From contig JBHLRO010000030.1 in NCBI GenBank assembly GCA_048882505.1, forward strand, positions 1 through 32,000: DNA of 32,000 nt, read 5' to 3'. Positions 24,715 to 32,000 of this stretch are shown piece by piece (the first letter of the stretch is position 1; each line of letters opens with the position of its first letter). Under the pieces are notes generated by a model. The model did no database searches. It saw only the letters and a program-made list of their open reading frames with translations, and was not told where the DNA came from. The DNA comes from Candidatus Thorarchaeota archaeon (lineage in GTDB: Archaea; Asgardarchaeota; Heimdallarchaeia; Hodarchaeales; Hodarchaeaceae). Position numbers and translations under genes: made by a program.

Positions 24715-27294
24715 TTACCCCATAAATTCCCGATCAACAATCATTTGTTCGTCCTTGAAAATGTCCAGATTCCCAAGCCAGGTTGGAAGAACCTTCGCAT
24801 AACGCTTTTCAAAATCGACAAGAAAATCATTCAGTTTTCTTCGAAGTTCGGTAGATGTAGAATCAGCAAAGATGGCTGCAAACACCCACTTGGCATACTC
24901 AATGGTCAAAACAACATCTCCATGATCGATGGTTCTGAGGAGTTGTTCACTCCTTACAGCTTCTTTGGCAAAAGAAGTTATGGCCGAAAAAAGACCAGCT
25001 ACTAGGGCAGGTTCAACTATTGATTCTTTACCAAACGTATGGGCAAGTACAGCGCGGCCATCAAGCATCATAACATGCAGAGAGTCGATTGTGACTTCTT
25101 CAAACGAATAAGCGAATTCCCTATGTAAAAGGGATAAAACTTGCGTTAAAGGAACCTCCAAATCGAAAGTGAGCTCATCCAAAATATGGTGAATCTCTGT
25201 GTTGCTCAAACCAGTAGCATTAGAGAGTTCTCCAATGGGACGATATTGAGTGGAGAGGGCTTGTCGTAAAACGGCGCCATCATCGATTTTCTCCCAACGC
25301 TCGTTTATTAGAGCCTTGACAGCGGGATCATCAACGGTACCAGGGAGTCCAATAAGAATAATATCGGATTTTCGGGATATTTCACCTTCCGAAGGCAACC
25401 GTGTCATATCGGAAAAAACGGATTTATATTGGGTTTTTCCTTCTCCTTTTTGTGTTCTCGTATGGAATTGAATCCGGGCAAGGAAAAGTAAGGCGCCGAA
25501 GATAAGGATTATTGCCAAAGGATGTAGAAGATTGTAAGGAATGGAAAGGATGCCCAAAAAAGTACTACCTCCCGTTCCACGCCATATCACTGGAATTTGA
25601 TGCAGCTCAGGCACCAAGAAGTAAACATCTGCAAACCTACCTGTTTTCCACACACTCGTGAGCCATTTTAAGTTTATAACTTGACCAAAGCCGGCCAAAG
25701 TGGATTCTATTGTTATAAAAGGTGTAATCAATGGAACCCCAGCAAAACGGGGGAATCCCTGTGGAAGACCCAGGAATGTGGCCCATCCACCAGAATACCA
25801 ACTGATGAGAGCCAAACTCACTGTTAAGATCGAAAGATATGTGACAACAGCAGTTCCAATTATACTCCAATTCCATCTCCGGAAAAAAAGAAGCACAAGG
25901 GCCGCAATTAGGAATGTAGCATAATTTTGCGTTAACCAAAAGAAAGTGTCATATTGGACAGTATTAATATTGACAAAAATACTTTGTATAATCACTCGAT
26001 ATGCAAAAAACATGAATGCTAATAAGAAGCCAATTACAACTCCGAATGAATAGGATTTTACCGTATTACGGACGGAAATACGTTTGAAGGAGGTTCGAAC
26101 GTTTTTGATGGTTTCGATTAGCTTAATAAGAAGATAAATCGAAAATGGTTCAAATATATCCAGGAATAGGATAAAAAAGATTGATACCATTAGGAAATAT
26201 ACGACAAAATAAGAAATTACAAATATCTGTTGCGAGAAAAGGATTAGGAAAAGAAACACTGCCAGGATTGACATGAACGCTCCGACTGTCGATAGACTTT
26301 GGACCATTGCTACATATAGCTGATTGCCCAAAAACTTCCCTTTTCGTGATAATCGACTGGCTTTAATCAGATATACGGAGAAAACAATCGCCGCAATATA
26401 GGCAAAGAAGATCTCCAGGAACCACCCCATAGAGGTCCCTTGTAGCAAGCTAGGATTTTCCTCCTCACCAAGAGCTAGAAGAATAGTATTAAGCAAGAAT
26501 AGAGTAATCGGTAGGATAGCAATCAAGACTTTTAAGAGCTCTCGCTCATTATCCCAATCTTTCTCCTTCACGCGGATCGATATTTCTTGGAATGGAGAGT
26601 TTTCAGTTTCATATTGGATTTCTCTTATTCGTTCTCTTACCCCACGGACTTGGAGGAATTGGTTCCGTAGATCTTCATTATCCTTTTCCAGTTCTTCTAT
26701 CGCAGTAGTTAAGGCTTGAAGCTCATCCCCCGTTGCGTGCTTTTTCTGGGCCTGAAATTCTTTCAAGTTTTCTTGATTCCGTTTAATCAGTCTTTTCAAA
26801 GGTTTTCGATCATTTCGTTTATCCCCCCATGTCTGATAGAGAATTATTCCCATAGATAAGAATGGAGATATACCGAAAACAAAAGCAAGAATTACTACGG
26901 GATATGTTAGGAAGATAACGATACTGTTCACGAAATGTTGGAACAAATATTTGACCAATAGAGGAATTGGAATAAAAATCGCTCCAGTTTGGATGACGGC
27001 TTCAGAATCCCAGACTGTTGACCATTGGTTGCTGTTTGAGATAGGATAGTATTGCTGTTCCAAGTATGCGGACGGGTTAGGAACCAAGGCATTCAAGAAG
27101 CTAGGAAAAATAAAATATGCCAAATAAAAAACACAAAAACCAATGAATCCCCTATTATAGATAGTTGCTCGTATATTATCCCTTTTTCTGCGGGTAAACA
27201 AGTATGGGATAGCTAGTACTATAAGGGGGGAGAGTGACAGGACAACCGAAACGGTCAAATTAAGGGGATCCGAAAGCGGGTCAAACAAGTCCAT
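24715..27294 (-). CDS. Multi-pass membrane protein with internal coiled coil, HTH-like segment and C-terminal longin-like domain
   Basis: Many hydrophobic segments, coiled coil NQENLKEFQ..ELEKDNEDLRNQ, HTH-like IGELSNATGLSNTEIHHIL, and C-terminal LHVMMLDGRAV..EPALVAGLFSAITSFAKE..IDHGDVVLTIEY. Confidence 0.75.
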   Translation of the reverse strand: MDLFDPLSDPLNLTVSVVLSLSPLIVLAIPYLFTRRKRDNIRATIYNRGFIGFCVFYLAYFIFPSFLNALVPNPSAYLEQQYYPISNSNQWSTVWDSEAVIQTGAIFIPIPLLVKYLFQHFVNSIVIFLTYPVVILAFVFGISPFLSMGIILYQTWGDKRNDRKPLKRLIKRNQENLKEFQAQKKHATGDELQALTTAIEELEKDNEDLRNQFLQVRGVRERIREIQYETENSPFQEISIRVKEKDWDNERELLKVLIAILPITLFLLNTILLALGEEENPSLLQGTSMGWFLEIFFAYIAAIVFSVYLIKASRLSRKGKFLGNQLYVAMVQSLSTVGAFMSILAVFLFLILFSQQIFVISYFVVYFLMVSIFFILFLDIFEPFSIYLLIKLIETIKNVRTSFKRISVRNTVKSYSFGVVIGFLLAFMFFAYRVIIQSIFVNINTVQYDTFFWLTQNYATFLIAALVLLFFRRWNWSIIGTAVVTYLSILTVSLALISWYSGGWATFLGLPQGFPRFAGVPLITPFITIESTLAGFGQVINLKWLTSVWKTGRFADVYFLVPELHQIPVIWRGTGGSTFLGILSIPYNLLHPLAIILIFGALLFLARIQFHTRTQKGEGKTQYKSVFSDMTRLPSEGEISRKSDIILIGLPGTVDDPAVKALINERWEKIDDGAVLRQALSTQYRPIGELSNATGLSNTEIHHILDELTFDLEVPLTQVLSLLHREFAYSFEEVTIDSLHVMMLDGRAVLAHTFGKESIVEPALVAGLFSAITSFAKEAVRSEQLLRTIDHGDVVLTIEYAKWVFAAIFADSTSTELRRKLNDFLVDFEKRYAKVLPTWLGNLDIFKDEQMIVDREFMG

Positions 27295-27561
27295 GAAAAG
27301 GCACCATTACAATTGAATCTATCGATTATCGATAGCTAGGTTTACCTGTCTTTTTAGTTTTTTGAACCTTTTTCTATTAAACCGCAAAATCCACAATGAC
27401 GGGCTCCAAAAAGTCTCATGAGTTCTCGTCACATATCTTGAAAATGAGCGCCATTAAGTCATGTGAACCCTTACATACGAATTTTTCAGAGGCTCTCGAC
27501 TATATACAAGACTCTTGGGAATATGAAGAATGAATATTACACCCTAAAAATCGAAATATCT

Positions 27562-27621
27562 TCTAGTTGATAAAACTAGAGAAAAGAAGGAATAATAAAA
27601 AAAAGGAGAGAAGAGGGGAGA
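27562..27621 (-). terminator. Pyrimidine/oligo-T terminator plus a 7-bp hairpin downstream of the surface-protein gene
   Basis: Minus strand reads TCTCCCCTCTTCTCTCC-T8-ATTATTCCTTCTTTTCTC right after the TAA. Hairpin TCTAGTT/AACTAGA at 27562-27580. Confidence 0.6.
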
Positions 27622-27622
27622 T

Positions 27623-29380
27623 TTAACGTCTCTTTCTGTACAATGCGACCAAGGGGGGAATTGCCAGGACTACTGAGAGCAGTTCAAATCCCGATATCGG
27701 ACCCGTGGTTGTATCTCCCGGACCTGGTCCCGTAGTAGTTGTATCTCCTGCTGCGAGCGCAGCTACGGCAGAATAGGCAGGATCGTGTATGATTTCACCA
27801 CCATACCACTCTGGGAACTCTGTAAAGGTGAAGTATAGCACAAAGTTGAAGTAGACGCCTTCGTCACCAGGCGGTAAAAGACCCGGCTCCAGTTGGACAG
27901 CAAACCACTTTGTGAACTGATAGGCTAGCGCAAATTCCAATTTAAAGTAGACTTTTGATACGTCAGGAATAGCCCAGGCCCAGTTGGTTGGATCGAAGAG
28001 GTGAATTTCTACATTTCGAGGCACCGCGGGATCAATATTCCACGGCGCGTTTTCAAGACCTTGTAGGAGATACGTATACTTGCCCGTGAATTCTGTGTAA
28101 AAGAATGTATTTCCACCTGAGTCCAAACTGATACGTCGTTGAGTAGGATTGTCTGTTTCATCTGTATGTTCTGGATTAGATAAACCAATAGATGTGGTAG
28201 CGGTGGCTACTGTTAATCCAAATCCATTCTGCATATTCATCCGTCTCTTGGCATCATCGTTGAAATAGAAGGCCATGTTTGGAAAGAACACCGTTTTACT
28301 AGCTGGAATATTTTTACCCAAAACATCCACACTGACTAACGATGAAGGCATTTGGAATGTGTAGTTTGGTTGGTCAGTAAATGGAGAATAATCCCAGGTT
28401 TCTGACATGTTAACCGTTTCTCCGGCGATAACCAAGAAATTTGTTTCCCCGATGTTATAATGTGTAGTGGTGGTTCCTAGCACATGAGCGTTAGCGCCGC
28501 TGTTTATTTGCGTTGTAAATTCATATTCAAAGCTTAAATAGTCCAAAACACTGGCAGCTACAATATTTTTTCCAAAAACAATTCCTCCTGGGTTATCAGC
28601 AACGAGATTTGCGTCTCCTAGGATGTCAATTCCGCCCAGTTCAACACTAATTGGTTGCCATAGTACGAACAGATTGGTGTAGTTTATTCCAAACCTGTAT
28701 CCGTTTTCTACTGTCTCGAAGAAGGGAAAATAGTCGAAATGATTGATTCGATAGGAATGTCCGTTGTCTGCGAATACATCATTGAAGCCATCGATCCCTT
28801 CTTGCAGGCCAAAAGTATAGCCCATGTAAATTTCATCCCCAGCGTCCATTGTGGTGTCAGTCGAATTGGAGCTGTATGCTATGAGCGACATGAAGTTATT
28901 AGTCACGAAAACTTCTTCATTATCCCAAGGTACTGTCCAATGCTGGACTAATTGCTGGAATGGAGCAGTCGCATTAATATGGAAGATTGGGGTGCGCAAG
29001 GCGTCTTGGTACTGAGGGAACAAGGGAGAGTCCAAAACTGTCTTGATATCATCATGGAATAGATCTAGCAACGTCAGGTTGTGTTCGTACTTCTCCAAGG
29101 CGGAAAAACCCGTTTCGATACCAGAATTATTCATATATGCGAAGAAGAACTGTTTGTCTTCTGTTTCATCAGAATCTCCCGTTGCAGCACTTGCGTTATA
29201 GAGATCGCGAATTAAATCAGGATTGGCTGGATCCACGACTGCTACGTCTACTTCTACGGCAAAGTAGTCTTCACTGAATGAGTGGCCCACAAAGGAAGAT
29301 GCAGCACTGACGGGGGTGGAGATCATTACAAGGGCTAGCAGAAAGATCACTGAAAAGCCCATAAGAAGCTTCTTTTTCAT
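27623..29380 (-). CDS. Secreted cell-surface protein with Thr/Gly/Pro linker and PGF-CTERM-like C-terminal anchor
   Basis: Signal peptide MKKKLLMGFSVIFLLALVMISTPVSA, linker GDTTTTGPGPGDTTTGP, and tail ISGF-ELLSVVLAIPPLVALY-RKRR. AGGTGA SD upstream of ATG 29380. Confidence 0.85.
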   Translation of the reverse strand: MKKKLLMGFSVIFLLALVMISTPVSAASSFVGHSFSEDYFAVEVDVAVVDPANPDLIRDLYNASAATGDSDETEDKQFFFAYMNNSGIETGFSALEKYEHNLTLLDLFHDDIKTVLDSPLFPQYQDALRTPIFHINATAPFQQLVQHWTVPWDNEEVFVTNNFMSLIAYSSNSTDTTMDAGDEIYMGYTFGLQEGIDGFNDVFADNGHSYRINHFDYFPFFETVENGYRFGINYTNLFVLWQPISVELGGIDILGDANLVADNPGGIVFGKNIVAASVLDYLSFEYEFTTQINSGANAHVLGTTTTHYNIGETNFLVIAGETVNMSETWDYSPFTDQPNYTFQMPSSLVSVDVLGKNIPASKTVFFPNMAFYFNDDAKRRMNMQNGFGLTVATATTSIGLSNPEHTDETDNPTQRRISLDSGGNTFFYTEFTGKYTYLLQGLENAPWNIDPAVPRNVEIHLFDPTNWAWAIPDVSKVYFKLEFALAYQFTKWFAVQLEPGLLPPGDEGVYFNFVLYFTFTEFPEWYGGEIIHDPAYSAVAALAAGDTTTTGPGPGDTTTGPISGFELLSVVLAIPPLVALYRKRR

Positions 29381-29520
29381 CTCATTAATCACCTAAGAAT
29401 ATCTTCGGGTAAGAGCTACCCAAGTCAGATTCTAACCTCTTCCACCTACTTAGCATTATTAAAGATGTATGTAATTAAAATCCGCAATTTTGTTCCTAAG
29501 AAAGGGTTTGGCGAGTGTAT

Positions 29521-31152
29521 TTAGCCACGGCGCCATTTCTTACGCGTAAGAACCACCAAAGCTAGAACAACAGTTATGTTTGGCCATAATTGGAATGATG
29601 TGATCTGCCCATTGGATGATAGGTTCGAAGGCGGAGAGTCCTTGATTGCGTATTGAAGAGAACTAAACGCAAATGGAGTGCCTGCCCATGATGGTAATCT
29701 GAATTCACGGTTATACAGAGCATCTGTAAGATACAGATTAGATAGGTGATAAAGTTCGTCACTCGTTAGAGAACTTACATTTGAGTTCTCAACAAATCGT
29801 TTAATACTATCTACAATCAAATGCCTAACCAAGGATGTCTCTTGGGAGAAGAGCTCGGCACCTGCAAAACCGATATGTTGGTTAAATGCAATAGTTTTCG
29901 TAACAGCGGGGACAAATGATTCTGAACCAACTTCGTTTTCTCTTTGAACAACGTAGTCACGACCTGTAACGGGAGTTGACGTAAGGAGAATACCATCATG
30001 AATAATGTCGACCGCTTCTGTAATTGGGAAATCCGCTTCATTGAGTGCGGATACAGTCTTATTTTGGTCATCAATTTCTATTTGAATGTCCTCTAATGGG
30101 TTAATGTCGTTAAAAATACCAACATTGTGACCCGTAAGGAGGGAAAGCGAAATTTCGGGGAATAGATCCAATCGGGTCTGGATATCGGAGCCTTTATACC
30201 AGGAGATGGTTTCGTTGATTGTGAAGAGCTGATTGTAGGTCTTTTCAATTTTACCTTGGGTAGAATTTGTCCAGATCGGTTCTGCAGGTAGTTCTTCATT
30301 TATTATCAAATTCGTCACTCTTCCAATTGAAACATCACTAATCGTTTCTACACCCTCAATTTCATATGAAGTATATTTTCTGATGGTTAAGGAGAAAGTT
30401 ATGTTTTCGAACTGAACCAACAGAAACTTATTAGCAATACCCACTACTGAAACTTGGCTAAAATCTATGTTCTCCGTTTGAAACAAATAGGTGATGTTTG
30501 AGTACGTCATATCTATTCGTACTCCCAATGGCAGTTCCTCCATTTCGACCAAGAGCGTACTGGATGTATCAGTCGAAAAATTACCACCATAAAGAGATTC
30601 TAGGAATTCTAGAGGAACATTCCCGTATCCCAGTTGGTAGTGAGCCGGATTAAATCCAGATCCATTAATCTTAAGGGCTATGCCTAGAAAATCCTGTGTG
30701 ATGACAAAATCTTGCCCCGATGGGAGTTCGAAGTGGTGTAAATATTTGACATAGGGGACAGTAGAAGTCACTTTTAATGAATCAATCAGAGGATGCGTTC
30801 GTTTAACCTTCTCCAAGGCTAGGACAGTAGATTGGATGCTTGGAGTTTGGTGGACGACCATAGAGACGATATTATCCTCATCAAGATCTGGATCGCTGGT
30901 ATCATTGAAGGGCTGGTGGGTAAATAAGTTTTGCTTGAGGTAAATTGCCTCATCAATGGAGGTCTCTTGTACATTATTGAAGTCAAATTCTACCCCAAAC
31001 AAACTTTGTCCATCGAAGAAAGGATTGAGCTGGGAGAAAACATAATTGTTACTTTCGGCTACTGCCGTGGTATTACCCGTCCAAATAAGTCCAAAAAAGA
31101 AAATGCCGGATAATCCCAGAATGAGAAGGAAGGTTTGAGAATGTTTGATTAT
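29521..31152 (-). CDS. Secreted surface protein, divergent paralog of 27623..29380; probable non-canonical ATA start
   Basis: The frame is open 50 codons upstream of the track's TTG (31002) and encodes a signal peptide IIKHSQTFLLILGLSGIFFFGLIWTGNTTAVA. C-terminal hydrophobic plus basic tail ITVVLALVVLTRKKWRRG. Confidence 0.75.
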   Translation of the reverse strand: MIKHSQTFLLILGLSGIFFFGLIWTGNTTAVAESNNYVFSQLNPFFDGQSLFGVEFDFNNVQETSIDEAIYLKQNLFTHQPFNDTSDPDLDEDNIVSMVVHQTPSIQSTVLALEKVKRTHPLIDSLKVTSTVPYVKYLHHFELPSGQDFVITQDFLGIALKINGSGFNPAHYQLGYGNVPLEFLESLYGGNFSTDTSSTLLVEMEELPLGVRIDMTYSNITYLFQTENIDFSQVSVVGIANKFLLVQFENITFSLTIRKYTSYEIEGVETISDVSIGRVTNLIINEELPAEPIWTNSTQGKIEKTYNQLFTINETISWYKGSDIQTRLDLFPEISLSLLTGHNVGIFNDINPLEDIQIEIDDQNKTVSALNEADFPITEAVDIIHDGILLTSTPVTGRDYVVQRENEVGSESFVPAVTKTIAFNQHIGFAGAELFSQETSLVRHLIVDSIKRFVENSNVSSLTSDELYHLSNLYLTDALYNREFRLPSWAGTPFAFSSLQYAIKDSPPSNLSSNGQITSFQLWPNITVVLALVVLTRKKWRRG

Positions 31153-31998
31153 CTAGCTTACCTCCAAGTAATCCTTTAACCACGTCAGGTGCTTTGATCC
31201 AATTGTATATGAAGATCTCTTCTGGTCCTTTATAATAATTATGACCCCTAACTCCGATAATTTCTTTATGTGATGTTGTACGCTTGAATGGTGGGCATTG
31301 ATCTCGTTAGAAAGCTGTGATAACGACATTGGCTTACGTTTATCCATTAATGTGCGACACAGCTCTCTTGAAAGATTGCTTTTCAAGGCTAAGGCCAATT
31401 CCGAGGTTTGCGGTGATTTTTCTCCGAGAATGTAGAAGATATGATAACGTCCAACCTTCTCATGCGTGACGAAGTTAAAATCATCTAAGGCCTGGAGGTG
31501 CCATAGCAGTGATGAGATTCCGCATCCGATTTCTCTCTGAATCTCCCGTAAATGGGCTCCTTGTTCCCCTTTCTCCTCTAGATACTCCATTATTTGTGCC
31601 CTGAGTTCGTTATCGAGTAATTCATCTTCAGTCATCCTTCGACGTTGAGGTGAGTAGGTCACGTGTGCGATGAAGAAAAATGTACCCAAAAGCGCACCAA
31701 CAATAACGTCACGACTCTTCGACATGAGTCCTGTTTGTACCAATAAAACAAAGCCGATAATGGCTGCTCCACCAAGAACCGCCAGTCCGACAAGCTGTTC
31801 CAGTCCACCAAACTCTATTAGAGCGTTATTTCCATTGGAAGAGGGCCTCACGGTCAAGAGCGCGGTCTGTTGCAATATTGAAACAATTTCTGGTTCAGTA
31901 ACCCTCCCGTTTGAATTCAGGAGGAAAAAGTTGGATCCAATGGAACTCTCTTGAACTTCTAGAGCAAAACTCCCAATTACCACTCGCGGGCCGTCCAT
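31153..31998 (-). CDS. Membrane-anchored transcription regulator with tandem winged-HTH domains (probably 5'-truncated by the window)
   Basis: Two TM helices, then wHTH1 (LRAQIMEYL..HLREIQREIG.GISSLLWHLQAL) and wHTH2 (MSLSQLSNEINAHHSSVQHHIKKLSELG). The frame runs off the window edge. Confidence 0.75.
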   Translation of the reverse strand: MDGPRVVIGSFALEVQESSIGSNFFLLNSNGRVTEPEIVSILQQTALLTVRPSSNGNNALIEFGGLEQLVGLAVLGGAAIIGFVLLVQTGLMSKSRDVIVGALLGTFFFIAHVTYSPQRRRMTEDELLDNELRAQIMEYLEEKGEQGAHLREIQREIGCGISSLLWHLQALDDFNFVTHEKVGRYHIFYILGEKSPQTSELALALKSNLSRELCRTLMDKRKPMSLSQLSNEINAHHSSVQHHIKKLSELGVIIIIKDQKRSSYTIGSKHLTWLKDYLEVS

Positions 31999-32000
31999 CC

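Noticed and set aside
27700-27750. Short repeat GTTGTATCTCC x2
   Set aside because: It simply encodes the GDTTT repeats of the surface-protein linker.
157-30299. Numerous 60-185 aa ORFs overlapping larger genes (e.g. 16313..16870, 24075..24503, 22158..22499, 6984..7271)
   Set aside because: They are antisense or alternative-frame shadows of well-supported genes, with Ser/Arg-rich composition and no motifs.

Overview
Archaeal chromosomal window, inferred to be Asgard (Heimdall/Hodarchaeia-like) from its longin-like domains, RING, JAMM and SNM1-like proteins and a C-terminal surface-anchor motif. It is mostly housekeeping: a heat-shock/proteostasis operon (hsp20, cdc48, PAC2 chaperone, wHTH repressor, tmcA), pterin genes, trxB, two beta-CASP nucleases, an HhH-MutS ATPase, tRNA-Val(CAC) and two paralogous surface proteins. 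The standout is hidden in the 'intergenic' gap at 19056-19241: a circularly permuted 5S rRNA gene. The 3' half lies upstream of the 5' half and the native ends are joined by an ATT loop. It also carries a 30-nt loop-C intron. Two bulge-helix-bulge-like motifs would, if cut and ligated by the archaeal tRNA-splicing machinery, rebuild a canonical 119-nt 5S circle. No mobile element or CRISPR array was seen.
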